64,000 nucleotides of DNA, from positions 746,598-810,597 of the forward strand of contig CAXHJY010000001.1 of the NCBI GenBank assembly GCA_964016885.1, given 5' to 3'. Positions 46,821-60,775 of the stretch are shown here, one piece after another. Origin of the DNA: Eledone cirrhosa (taxonomy: Eukaryota). The position numbers and the translations under genes were made by a program. Under the pieces are notes generated by a model. That model did no database searches. It saw nothing but the letters and a program-made list of their open reading frames with translations, and was not told the DNA's origin. Numbering within the stretch: position 1 is the stretch's first letter; each line of letters opens with the position of its first letter.

Positions 46821-49800
46821 TTTCTTATTTGTTTGACCCGAATTGGGTCCTAGAGATGATTCATCATCTTCTAGAGTTCAAAAGCTAGCTAAACTGAAGA
46901 GGTACCGGCCTGCCCGCCCAGCCAATGGGATGGCGTCATCTTATGGTTAAAACAGCACAAAGAAAAGGGCCTCAGTACCCTGCGAGTCAATCGGGCTACT
47001 CCATGACGTCGGAGTGCAACCCGAGCGACGAAAGGCTGCTAAGAATCACAGGTTCACGAAGGCCGCCATGGAACAGGACTAACCTTGCCATATGCACATA
47101 CAACTGCAGGTCTTTGGCAGGGGGGCAAGGACTGAACCACCTAATGGAGGAGAAGAAGAAGATCAGGTGGGACGTGTTAGGGCTGTGTGAGACCCGCCAG
47201 AAGAAGGAGGCGAATTCCCGATGGCAAGATGGATGCGCCGTGAGACTCGGGAAAGCAGAGGATGCCAGATTGGTATAGGGTTTATCGTAAGCAAGGAATG
47301 GGCTTCGAAGGTCGCTTCTTGCCAGTTCATATCGTCACGGATTGGTGTAGTGAACGTAAACCTCTCAGGGAAGGCCACCCTCAAGATCATCCAGACCTAC
47401 GCTCCCACAAGTGCCAGCGACGACGAGGAAGTGGAAGAATTCTATCGCCAGCTAGACAAAGTGCTAGCTGTGAAGTCCACTTACACCGTAGTGATGGGAG
47501 ACTTCAACGCAAAGGTCGGACAGGGATGGCAAGGGGAAGAGTATGTAGGAAAATTCGGCCTAGAAGATCGAAATGAGAGAGGAGAGTGTCTGGTCACCAT
47601 GGCGGAGATGAGACGGCTCTACATTGGAGACAGCCTATTCTGGAAGAAGGAGGAGAAAAGATGGACCTGGGTATCGCTAAATTCTGAGCACGGAAACAAG
47701 ATCGACTACATCCTGGTCGACAAGCGACGTATACTGCAGGACGTCTCCGTCATAACGCCATTTAACACTGGCAGTGATCATCGTCTGGTGAGGGCGAAGG
47801 TCGTCATCGATCGGACGAGGGAAAAGAAGGTGCTGCATTTGGCGGCAAAGGGAGAACGCGTCTGGGTCTTCAACGAGGCGCAGCAGCAGGAAGCCATCAT
47901 GCAGGAAAAGTGGTGTAAAGGAGACGGCATAGACGCTGACTACGACTCACTGATAAGGAAACTGAAGGAGTGCTTGAGGAAGGCTAAGGGTGTGTGCCCG
48001 AAGGAGTGGAAGGGAAGAGTCTGGGAGGAAACTATGAAGTTGCTTGAGAAGAGGAAGATTATGAAGGGGACACCTGAAGATCACCTCGAATATTCCCTTC
48101 TCAGCAGAGTGATACGGCAACTGAAGAGTGACTTCGAGCCATACCGGATGGGGAAGCTCCTGAAGGCCGCAGAGGAAAAGAAAAGCCTCAAGAAATGCGA
48201 GACGGACATGGCAATGTACAGATCGGAGGTGACGACCCTGAAGAACACAGCTGGAGTACCGGTCAGCGACAAGAATGAGATGGAAAAGATTTACGAAGAC
48301 TTCTACACCAAGCTCTTCAAGTCTGCCGGGAATGTGCAGCCGTTGCCGTCACTCCAACAGGAAGAAAATGTGCCACCCATCCTTGTCGGTGAGGTGGAAA
48401 GAGCCGTCGGCGTGATGAAAAGCGGAAAGGCGCCAGGGAAAGACGGCATAACATCGGAGGTGTTGAAGTCAGGTGGAGAGCAGCTCTGGAAAATCCTCGC
48501 CGAGCGATTCACACACGATCTGGACGAGGGAAGAATACCCTCGCAGTGGAAAGAGTCGAATACGATCCTGCTATAAAAGAAGGGCGATAGAGAAGATCTG
48601 AAGAACTACTGACCCATATTCCTGCTGTCTCACATGTACAAGCTGTTCACGAAGATAATCCTGAACAGGTTATCACATCATCTGGACGAACAGCAACCGA
48701 AAGAGCAAGCCGGCTTCCAGAAGAACTACAGCACGATGGACCACATATTTACTCTGACACAACTGCTTGAGCAAGCAAAAGGGTACAAGATGCCTCTTTG
48801 CGTCGCGTTCGTAGACTACAAGAAGGCCTTCGACAGCGTCGAAATCAACGCAGTGCTGAACTCGCTGCAGAGGCAAGGAGTCGAGGCGCAATACGTTCAA
48901 CTGCTCAAGGAGGCGAATTCCGGATGCACCACCGACACAGCTCTGCTGTCATCATCCGTACGAGTGCCGGTCGAGAAGGGAGTGAAGCAAGGAGATACGA
49001 TCTCTCCAAAAGTTTTCACCGCGTGTCTCGAGCAGATCTTCAGAGGCATTGACTGGCAAGGCGGTGTCACCATCAATGGGGAGATACTTACCCACCTCCG
49101 TTTCGCTGATGACATCGTACTCATCGCTGAAACCACGGATCGGCTTCAGACCATGCTGACGGAGCTCGACATCAAAAGCTCTGCAGTAGGCCTCAAGATG
49201 AACAGCATGAAAACGAACTTCATGCGGTCCGACTACGTACCAACAGGTCGAATGGTGGTTGGCGGTGATGAAATAGAGGAGGTGGAGGAATACGTCTACC
49301 TAGGACAAGAAGTGAACATGCGCTGAGACATTGAGAGGCTGATCTCGCAGAGAGTAAAGGCCGGATGGAAGGCGTTCAGCGGCATAAGGGATGTGCTCAA
49401 GGGGAGGTTAGACAAGATCGCCCAAGCCAACTTCTTCAATAGCACAGTTTTACCTACAAAGTTATATGGCAGTGAATCTTGGGCTACAACGAAGAGAGAA
49501 GAGCAGAGGCTGGTAACGGCTCAAAGAGCCATGGAGAGATCAATGCTAGGAATCTCGTTGAGAGAGCACATCAGGAGCGAAGTCATCAGACAGAAGTCCG
49601 GTGTGAGGGACGTCATCGCGCAATATATACGCAGCAAGTTCAGATGGGCTGGACACGTCGCCCGGTTCACCGATAATCGCTGGACCTGCGCAGTTGCGGA
49701 GTGGTACCTGTGCGAGTGGAAGCGACCACTCGGAAGGCCTCCATGAAGGTGGCAGATCATTTTAGGAATATGATTGGGACTACATGGATGAGGAAAGCAC

Positions 49801-49878
49801 AATCCAGAGAGGAATGGACGGCGTGCTGTGACCAGCGGCGTCGAATGGATGCCCGACAGACTGGTCGGTCAAGGTGAT
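46821..49878 (+). mobile_element. Near full-length RTE-1-like LINE (APE endonuclease + RT), inactivated
   Basis: TYNCRSL, LGLCET, IIQTYAPT, VVMGDFNAKVG, IDYILV, GSDHRLV, GVKQGDTISPK, LRFADDIVL, RWAGHVAR; one frameshift near 47260 and stops at 48574, 48610, 49324, 49744; inserted in (TA)n. Confidence 0.95.
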
Positions 49879-50669
49879 ATATATATATAGATACATATAT
49901 ATATATATATATATATACATATATTTAATACAATAACAGAGAAAGCTTTAAGCTAAACTCTGACTGGCTACCATCTCACTCAACAAACATTAGGATATAC
50001 CTTAGTATAATCCCAATTTTGTGTTTGGGGTGCTAACTATATGTATTTTGTGGAAAGCCAGTTGTATTATTTTATATGAGATATAATTAAAATTAAAATA
50101 TATCTCTCTTTCCAAACAATTGTTTCATTATAAGTTTTCTACAAGTTGGGAGAATGTTTCCGGTTTATGTAGAAGCCTACATATTTTTCTGTAAGAACAT
50201 ATGCAGGTGGGCCTTATAAATCATCAGTGGATGCCCTTCAAACATTGATATAAGAAAAAATTTCTTACCGCAGTTATTTTTGTGTCAGCTAAGTCGTCCC
50301 TTCACGCATCATAATGACCGCCAAATTTGAAATTCCAGCAGTCCTAGACTGAGGAATATCACAGCGTCACGAAGCGGAAAAGGGAGGCAATCGCGAAACA
50401 CAAGAAAGTAAAATAATATACACGTGGGTTAATTAGTTTTTTTAAAAACAATTTTAATCCTGCGTGTTAAGAACTCAATTAATTTTAAAAAAATAAATGT
50501 ATGCATGTATTAAGTACGTATATATATATACATATATATATATACATACATATATATATGTATATGTGTGTATATGTATATAGTATATATGTATATATAG
50601 GAAGAGGCACATGGCTTGCAAGCAGAGAAAAGTGGACGTAAAATGATGATGATGATGATGATATATATA

Positions 50670-53600
50670 TCTATATATTAATTTGAAGAACGTCAGTATT
50701 CCGTGTGTCACAATTCTCGATTATCATTGGTTCATAGGTTTCAAACGACTCCGCCCACCCCAACGACGCCAAACTGAAATTAATATGCATAATGCCAATG
50801 AGGGAGTGAGAGGGGAGAGTGTGAACGCTGTGTTCAATAACTATTAACATGTATGCGTGTGTATGTATGTGCGCGTATGTTTATGTGTGTGTGCGTGCGT
50901 GCAGTGTTCCACAGAAAGTAAAAACTATCAACATGTGTGAGTGTGTGCGTGTGTAAGTTTGTGTGCGTGTGCGCGTTTCCATGCGTGTATTTGTGTGACG
51001 TTCCACAATCGCCGCGCAGTTTATCTGTCTGTGTGCCTGTCTGTCATGCACAGAGTTGAGAAGGGAGTAAATAGGGACCTTTCTTTACATTGACGGACAT
51101 CTTTTATATTTATTATTGTGTCATTTTTTTTTACAATTGCTCCAAATGAATACTGATAAGAAAAGCAATTCGACTTTATCAAACAGTGAACTACAGCGGC
51201 GACGGAGTGCTGCGATGGTTGAAAAACGAACTGGCTGAGCATCATCAGCAGGTGGCCAGAATTCAGCAGCAATGGCGTGCTCCGGTGGATGAAGAGGAGC
51301 TGGCTGAACAGCGCCACCGCAATACAGAAGTTCAGGGAATGTGTCGCAAAGTGCTCCTCATTCCAGTAAAGAGGCGAACGAATGATATTAAAAGTGGATC
51401 ATGGCAACCGTGTCACTGTCAGATTGGTGGACGACCAGGGTCTCCACATTGTGGAGCATTGCTTTGGTGGCACGAAAAGACGTGGACCACAATGTGCTGT
51501 CACAAAGGAGCAGTTCAACTAGAACCTTTGCGAATGCCGGATGATGGGGAGTCACCGGAGTTTAAAATACTAAGTATGTGGGGTGATCAATGAGACCGAG
51601 GTAGATTACTGCGCAAATATTCGCGGCAAATTAACAATTTATTAGCTTTAGCATCGCAGAGAGTTAGTGAGATGTTTGAGAGTGGAGCATGGCAACCGAA
51701 TGTCGTCATTCAATGCCGTTTGTATCATTGTATCGATAATTCAGAAGTTACCCCAGGAGAGAGGCCTTGATTCGCTCAAATTTACGTTAACAATCCAGAT
51801 TATAGTGAATCGGAGGAGGATATCAGGATCGGTTGGATGAAGTTGCCGGGAAATATAACTGAACTTGAACGGCAAAGGTTAAGTGATTTGATCCATGATT
51901 TGCAATCATGGCTTAGACAGTGTAATCCTTATGTTATGGATTTCATGTTGGTGGCTGAACTGCAGAATGTTCAGCAACAAACATTGGTGATTAAGGCTGA
52001 CGCAGTGCCAAGGAATCAACACGAACGGCGATATAATGCCCCCGAAGGATTTCGTGAAGTCGCTGTGTTGATGGACGATAAGCCTGGATCGAGAGATATA
52101 GCCCTCAATCGCAGAGATGGTGGTCTCAACACTATCAATGAGTCAAATAGGACATACCATCCATTGCATTATGTTCTTTTATTCCCAAAAGGTGAAAATG
52201 GATGGAACATGTCTGTTCATTTAGATGATCATGAGAATCAGCATCAACAGGGAGGTGGCAATAGACACAATAATTCGATTCGCGACTTTTACGCGTTCCA
52301 TTTGAACGAGAGGAATCAACAGAGAAATGCGCTATTTCAAGCCAGCAGATTGTTCCAGGAATACTGTTGTATGGCATACGCAAAGATCGAAAATCAAAGG
52401 CTAAATTATATAGCTACACATCAGCAACATATCAGAGCTGAATTGTATAATAATATACAGGATGCGATAACAGCCAATGATGCCAATTACAAGCAAATTG
52501 GTCGACGCATCATTTTGCCATCGTCGTTCATCGGCGGCCCGAGATATATGAACATTCGCTATCAGGATGCAATGGCTATTGTCAGAAAGTTTGGAAAGCC
52601 AGATTTGTTTATAACGGTTACATGCAATCCTGAATGGACTGATATTAAGGATGCACTTTTGCCAGGACAACAGCCAAAGGACCGTCCTGATATTGTGGCA
52701 AGAGTATTCAAAGGATATCTGAAAAAGATAATGGATGATGTGGAAAAAGAGGGAATCTTTGGAGGTATAGTTGCTTTTACATACGTAATTGAATTCCAAA
52801 AAAGAGGATTGCCACATGCACATTTGCTGATCATTTTACATAGAGATTGCAAATTGTGATGTGCTGAGGATGTCGACAGCATTGTGTGTGCTGAACTGCC
52901 GGAGAATGAGGCACTATGCAACTTGGTGGCAAAGTCAATGGTGCACAACCAATGCGGAGTGGCAAATCGGAAAGCGCCTTGCATGAAAAATGGCCAATGC
53001 AGTAAGCACTTTCCGAAATCTTTTGTCACGAACACTTCCTGGAATGATGGGGATGCTCATCCCTCATACAGAAGACGGTCGCCTGCCGATGGCGGTTTGG
53101 TCGAAAATGTAAACGGTCGACAGGTTACAAATCAATGGGTTGTGCCATACAATCCATATTTGATTATGAAATATCGTTGTCATATTAATGTGGAAATTTG
53201 TAGCTCAGTGAAAGCTTGCAAATATCTATTCAAGTATGTTTACAAAGGTCATGATGGGGCAATGATGAATGTCAGGAATGAGGAAGCGAACCAAGGAGAT
53301 GAAGTTGGCAGGTTCCAGGATGTTCGCTCGATTGGATCTAGCGAAGCTTGCTGGAGATTGTTCGATTTTGATCTCAATGAACGCAAACACAGCGTTCAGA
53401 AACTGACGGTTCACTTAGAGAATAGGCAAATGGTCTGTTTTAAGGACAGTAGAAGAGGTATCGAAAGAATTGCTAACGCACCACCTCCTAAGACGGAATT
53501 GACTGAGTGGTTCAAGCATAATAGGGAACATGCTTTGAACCCGGATCAAAAGCAACTCTACTGCGATTTCCCTTCGCACTATACGTGGGATAAGAAGGGA

Positions 53601-56488
53601 AAGAAATGGAATGATAGAAAACAAAAGTTGAGATTCATGACTATTGGACGGGTTTGTAATGTCCATCCAGCATCTGGTGATGTGTTTTATCTCCGAATTC
53701 TGTTGCATAGTGATTTTTCGAGAGGTAAACAGAGCTTCGCTGATTTGAAAACAATCAATGGCGTGGAATATAAAAGATACCAGGCTGTGTGTCAGCATCT
53801 GGGACTCCTTCAGGATGACGCTGAATGGAATAACGCCATGGAAGCTGCAGGAACAACACAGATGCCAGCTCGAATATGGCAGTTGTTTGTCACGATTCTA
53901 GGATTCTGCAATTCTGCCGATCCAAGAGAGTTATTTGAACGCCATTGGGGAATTATGGCTGATGATTTTAGGCACCATCTTCAGGTCTATGATGAACATT
54001 TGATGAAGGCTATTGTTTTGCTCAATATTGAGCAACTGCTCGAAGTTCATTTGAAATGTTTAACAGATTTCAATTTGCCAATTCCTGATGAAGAAATGCG
54101 GCAACGTGTCTTAGCATTGAACATGAGATTGCAGCTTAGACGGTTGCCACTCGATCGGAGGGAACTATTCCAGTTTGATCCACTGGAACAGCAACGTATT
54201 GTGGATGAACGTATGCCAATGTTGACCCAATCTCACAGAGAATTGGTCGATGGCGCTCTCCACTCGATTTCCACTAATGAGCAACTTTGTGCTTTCATAG
54301 ATGTTCCAGGAGGCACCGGAAAGACATTCTGTTTCAACACTATGTTATCGGCAGTCAGAGCTCAGAGGAAGATTGCTCTCCCTGTGCCCACCAGGGGCAT
54401 CGCTGCCACTTTGCTGAGTGGTGGAAGGACCTTCCACTCATGCTTCAAGGCTCCATTGGCTCCAGATGAGTTGAGTGTCTGTAATATTACAGGACAAAGT
54501 GAACTCGCGGGCCTTATACGCAATACGTCTCTGATTATTTGCGACGAGGCTCCAATGCCACACAGATATTTGCTGGAGGCATTGGACAGAACATTGAGAG
54601 ATATCTGCGGTAGTGACCTGCCATTCAGTGGTAAGACTATCGTTGTTGGTGGCGATTTCAGACAGGTGCTACCAATTGTTAGGAATGCTCAAAGAGCGCA
54701 AATTGTCGATGCATGTCTGAAAAAGTCCCCGTTGTGGCGCCATTTCAGAGTTTTGCGATTACACGATAATATGCGACTTCCTATGTTCGGGCAAAACGAA
54801 GAGGCTGAGACATACGGCCGATGGTTGATGCAGTTGGGAAACGATGAATTGCCACACGTTGGTGATAATCAGACTGTTTGGTCATGCCACTGGACCGCCA
54901 AGGCTTGATTGACTGGGTGTTCCCTAATTTGAATGCTTTTTGGCAGAATCTCTCCTGAATATCGGAACATGTTATTCTAACTCATACGAATACAACGGTC
55001 GATGAAATAAATTCACAAGTAGCCGGAATGTTTCCTGGAGAGGAATGGTTGACCGTCAGTGCGTATGCAATGGAGCCTAATCAGCAGAACAGTATGGATG
55101 TTCCGACTGAGTATCTGAATTCACTTCAAATACCCGGATTTCCCCCACATATTTTGAGGTTGAAAAAGGGTTTGCCGATTATATTGCTTAGAAATATCAA
55201 TCATAAAATGGGTCTTTGCAATGATTGATTGTTGAGAGATTGATTAACGGAAGAGTTTTAGAAGCTAAACTCCCAGGCAGAGAGGAATCGGTTCTCATTC
55301 CGAGGATCATGCTGAGACCAAGTGAAGATCTGCTGCCATTTATTTGGCAAAGGAGACAGTTTCCCGTCAATTTGGCCTTCTCCATGACTGTCAACAAGGC
55401 ACAGGGACAGACTTTCAAGCGAGTCGGTGTCTACTTGAATGATCCAGCATTCAGCCATGGGCAACTCTATGTTGCTGCATCTCGAGTGTGCGATCCTGAT
55501 GGTATAAAATTTGCAATTGATACCACTAACAGAGTAACAAACCTAAATATTGTCTATAATGAAGCTTTGAGCTGATGTATGCATATCTTTAAAGCTATCA
55601 ATAAGCGACGTATATGATTCGGACATTGGTTTCCTTTCATCTGTATTGTGAGCTTTGGCAGAGTTATCATTTATGTCCAATGTCATTTATTGTCGATAAT
55701 GAGCAATAAAAACCAACAAGTATTGGTAGAAATTGCCTTCAAATTTATCGCTTCTGATTGCAGTGGTAATAAAACCTCATCATATGCTGAGTCTGGCAAA
55801 AAGTTTGGTGCCCATGGCCGGCCAGGGCTAGAGTAATATTGAAAAACCATTCTATTTTCGAAGTAGAAGGATCCGCCATTTTGAGTTCAAACCAGGCCAC
55901 CTCCCCGAGTTGAACTCTGGGCAATATTGACTGTCTATTACTCAGTGGCTAAGAGCCTGGAAATTACTGAATAAATTTTTGTGTCATATAATTTGTTGTT
56001 TTATTATTATAGCTGACCACTTATAGATAAGCATGTTATCCATATCCATATTAATTTGGCATTTGTATAAACCATTTCAAGTAAATAGGGACCTTCTTTA
56101 CATTGACGGACATCTTTTTTATTAATTATCTATATCTATATCTACATATAATATAAAAGATTGGAACTTCCATCATCCTTTTGAGAAACGTGGAACAACC
56201 ACGTCTATGCAATGATACACGTTTTCCAGTCAGGCAGAAGAGGAACCATCTCCTAGAGGTCACTATTCTAGGTGGGAGCACCTAGAATTGTTCATATACT
56301 ATGCACAAACCGCACGACGAAGAATCTGGTATATCTGGAAGATTATTTTTACTGTTTTTTTGTATCACACAGACAACACGGACTCGCCTCACACTGTAAC
56401 CAGACAAACATCCAATACAGACATTTTCTCTTTTACCTGTCTTCTCTTATCATCTGTTTACCCGGGCGAAGCTAGGTACGTCAGCTAG
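50670..56488 (+). mobile_element. Autonomous-type Helitron (decayed RepHel)
   Basis: A|TC 5' end, subterminal hairpin acccgggcgaagctaggt, CTAG|T 3' end, no TSD. Confidence 0.9.
51186..55575 (+). pseudogene. Helitron Rep (HUH) / PIF1-family helicase, several stops and frameshifts
   Basis: PSSFIGGPRYM, PDLFITVTCNPEW, EFQKRGLPHAH, YLFKYVYKG, PGGTGKTF, DEAPM, GDFRQVLP, AFSMTVNKAQGQT, HGQLYVAASRV. Confidence 0.95.
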
Positions 56489-57033
56489 TCTATATATTAA
56501 TTTCAACAATGTCAATATTCCATGTGTCATAATTCTCGATTATCATTGGTTCATAGGTTTCAAACGACTCCGCCCACCTCAACTACGCCAAACTTAAATT
56601 AATATGTATAATGCCAATGAGAGAGTGAGAGGCGGAGAGAGGCAAAGTGAACGCTGTGTTGGATACACTATGTATATGTGTCAGTGTAGAGATGTGTGTG
56701 GAAATAAGAGGGGAAGGAAAGCAATAACTATTAACACGTGTGCGTGTGTATGTACGTGCGCGTATGTTTATGTATGTGTGCGTGCGTGCAGCGTTCCACA
56801 GAAAGTAAAAACTATCAACATGTGTGAGTGTGTGCGTGTGTGTAAGTGCACGGGTGCGTGTGTAAGTTTGTGTGCGTGTATGTGTGTATACGTGCGGCGT
56901 TCCACAATCGCCACGCAGTTTATCTGTCTGTGTGCCTGTCTGTCAGTCTAACATACAGAGTTGTGAAGGGAGTAAATAGGGACCTTTTCTTTTATCATCT
57001 GTTTACCCGGGCGAAGCTGGGTACGTCAGCTCG
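56489..57033 (+). mobile_element. Non-autonomous mini-Helitron, head-to-tail with the large element
   Basis: 5' tctatatattaattt... homologous to 50670-51080; 3' acccgggcgaagctgggtacgtcagctcg. Confidence 0.88.
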
Positions 57034-58152
57034 GGAAAATAATTTATGCTTTGATTCGTGAAGACGTTCCCTGGCAATGAACGGGAAAAAGAAGATAATA
57101 CGTCGTTATGGGGAGCGGTGACAACAATTACACGTAAAGACAAAACCACCTTTATGGTGTAAATGGAGTCGTAGACTAATATTCTATTAAGGAAACTGAA
57201 TGATGCTCGGCTTCGGAGTCCAGAATAATGTAAATAAATTAGTTGAACGAAAATGACAGATGTTATTAAAATCATAAAAGTAATAATAATTAAATATATA
57301 CATACACACATTTATACATGAGCATATGCGAAAACTCACGGCATGCATGCATATACATATACGTACACATAAACAGGCGCGCACGGACGTAAACCGGCGC
57401 AACACATATACCCGCACACATACGATTGTATGCACCAAATACACATATAAATATATGTTTGTGTGTGTATATATACATATAATTATAAATACATATATAA
57501 ATATACACGCATAAATGCGTATAGAACGCACACTCACATACCTACAGGTAAATACACATATGTTCACCAAACGTACATATACCAAAACCCTATGTACACA
57601 TATACACACATACACACTCATTCATACACATATATACACATATACATACATACGTACATATATGTGTGTATATATATATATAGAGAGAGAGAGAGAGCAG
57701 TTGTAATGGGTAATATCGCTGCTATTTCTAGCAGTCAGTGAGACTACCTAGAGGTTTTCTTATTGATATATAATTGATATTTTATTGAGTGATACTTTCT
57801 GATTTACAATAAACTAAAAACGATTGGAACTGTGTCTGAAGGTATTAAATTATATCAGGGACTTTTAACGTATGACACCGGAAAGAGAGTTGAAACATGC
57901 ACAACGACACCGAGTACCTGCTGCCTTCATTGCGGTGAATTGGCAGTATCGGTAGAGGGTCGGACGCCATGCTTTCCAGCATAGTTACGTCCCTTTACGA
58001 TCTGAGTTCAAATCCTGCCGAGGTTGACTTTGCCTTTCATCCTTACGGGGTCGATAAAATAAAGTACCAGTAATGCACTGGGTAATTGCTGGCCTTGTGC
58101 CTAAAGTAGAAACAATTATAACTTTAATTAATCTAATTATATCTTGTGTAAC

Positions 58153-58197
<45 letters not shown>

Positions 58198-58397
58198 AGT
58201 TTATTTCCCCGACATCAGTCTTACACTGTCATATCTATTCTTACTTTACAATTGTGTCTACTAAGAGTTCCATTACAATCTGTAGTAGTAAAACTACTAT
58301 TTCACCAGAACATCTGCTATCAGTCATTTATAGACAATATATATATTTTAGACCACATATCAACCTAATATATATATATTTCCTATCAAATCTGTAG

Positions 58398-58456
58398 CTA
58401 AAGACATAAAGTCAGCCTCACTACTTCATTCTGACAAGATATCAATTCATGACTAA
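58398..58456 (+). CDS. Candidate terminal coding exon of the EGF-repeat gene
   Basis: ctgtag acceptor, phase-1 frame gives AKDIKSASLLHSDKISIHD-stop; AATAAA at 58491-58496 with a GT-rich tract near 58541-58560. No homology support. Confidence 0.25.
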
Positions 58457-58636
58457 AGATGAAGAAGATACACCAACGTTAATGTCGTGAAATAAAGCTG
58501 ATAACATCTTTGAAACTTTTAATTTGATAACAAAGAGATTATTTCTTTGGTTGTTTAGTTACAACTAACAACACAACACATTGATTATATGTGAATGAGG
58601 TAAGTTGACAAAGATTTACTTGAAGTCTATAATAAT

Positions 58637-58801
58637 TGTTTCTACTTTAGGCACAAGACCAGCAATTACCCAGTGCATTACTGGTACTTTATTTTATCGA
58701 CCCCCTAAGGATGAAAGACAAAGTCAACCTCGGCGGGATTTGAACTCAGATCGTAAAGGTACGTAACTATGCTGGAAAGCATAGCGTCTGACCCTCTACC
58801 G
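58637..58801 (-). mobile_element. 5'-truncated SINE A with 19-bp TSD
   Basis: acttgaagtctataataat at 58618-58636 and 58802-58820. Confidence 0.9.
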
Positions 58802-58819
58802 ACTTGAAGTCTATAATAA

Positions 58820-59495
58820 TGATAGCCACAATTACTAACTGCTATATAGTACATTAGATAATGTAGTCCTAGGTACACTATGTCTGATAGCCACTATACT
58901 GTACATTATATAATGTAGTCCTAGGTACACTATGTCTGATAGCCACTATACTGTACATTAGACAATGTAGTCCTAGGTACACTATGTCTGATAGCCACTA
59001 TACTGTACATTATATAATGTAGTCCTAGATACACTATGTCTGATAGCCACTATACTGTACATTAGACAATGTAGTCCTAGGTACACTATGTCTGATAGCC
59101 ACTATACTGTACATTATATAATGTAGTCCTAGGTACACTATGTCTGATAGCCACTATACTGTACATTAGATAATGTAGTCCTAGGTACACTATGTCTAAT
59201 AGCTACTATACTGTACATTAGATAATGTAATCCTAGATACACTATGTCTGATAGACACTATACTGTACATTAGATAATGTAGTCCTAGATACACTATGTC
59301 TGATAGCCACTATACTGTACATTAGATAATGTAGTCCTAGGTACACTATGTCTGATAGCCATTAATACTAATTTCTATACTGTACATTAGATAATGTAGT
59401 CCTAGATATACTATGTCTTATAGCCACTAATACTAACTACTGTACTGTACATTAGATAATGTAATCCTAGATACACTATGTCTGATAGTCACTAG
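58820..59495. repeat. 52-bp minisatellite (~12 units)
   Basis: Unit atgtagtcctaggtacactatgtctgatagccactatactgtacattagata. Confidence 0.93.
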
Positions 59496-60351
59496 TATAT
59501 ACGTAGTTCTCAGGGAGATTCAGCAAGACGTATGGCATGGCTTCCCTTTGAAATACATGTAGAACCCATCTTATATTATAATGTGTCTGAGTATTTCATT
59601 GACACGTATACCGTTGACATTCTTCTCAGGGAGATTCAGTGTGACAATTCTATGTAACAACATTTCCACTATAATTATTACAACTTATTATTTTTGCCAG
59701 CTGGGTGAAATAAAACAATGAGAAATAAAGTGTCTTGTTCAAGGCCCCGACGTACAGACCACCCGGTATGGGATTCGAACTCACGAACCATACGTTCATG
59801 TATTGCGTGCTATCACCGCCTAAATCCGGTTTCCTCCACACAAAATACACCAGAATATTTTAATCCGGATTAATTCAGGAACAAGAATTACGATAAGTCG
59901 CTGAGAGTGATCTCCCTTGGCTGACTTTACAATCTTTACTTCTTCCATTAGAAATTAATTTGTTTCATGTCCGATTGAAAGACTCTGGAGTTTTTACCTG
60001 TCTTGTGTTTAATTAATGAGGAATTTTGAGGTATTTATAACAATTATTAATTATTTCATTACTGAGATATCATTTGAAGGATTTACTGAAGTTTTTAATT
60101 ATTAATTATTTTATTAGTAACTTAATATGTGGTTCTTGTATAAAATTATGTTGGAAGATTTTAGGAAGAAGATATGTAGCTGGTCTCAGTAAAATAGACT
60201 CCGAGGCTATGTAGCCGGTAAGTGTGTCAAACACCGTGTGTTGCGGCCCTTTATGGTCTGAATTGAGACAATCTAAATTTGTTTCCACCATCAATTGTTA
60301 AAAAACAAGTTAAAATCTTTTAGTTGTCCATTCGTAACGTACGTTACACTT

Positions 60352-60775
60352 TAGTTACATACACATCTACTGTGTTACATACACACATCTACTGTGTTAT
60401 ATACACACAGATCTACTGTGTTACATACACACACATCTACTGTGTTATATATACACATCTACTGTGTTATATATACACATCTACTGTGTTATATACACAT
60501 CTGTGTTATATATACACATCAACTGTGTTACATATACACACATCTACTGTGTTACATACACATCTACTGTGTTATATATACACACACATCTAGTGTGTTA
60601 CATACACATACATATACTGTGTTACACACACACACATCTACTGTGTTACATACACGCACATCTGCTGAGTTACATACACACACATCTGCTGAGTTACATA
60701 CACACACATCTACTGTGTTACATACACACATCTACTGGGTTACACACACACAACACACACACATCTACACATACA
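60352..60775. repeat. ~22-bp degenerate minisatellite
   Basis: Unit acacatctactgtgttacatac. Confidence 0.88.
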
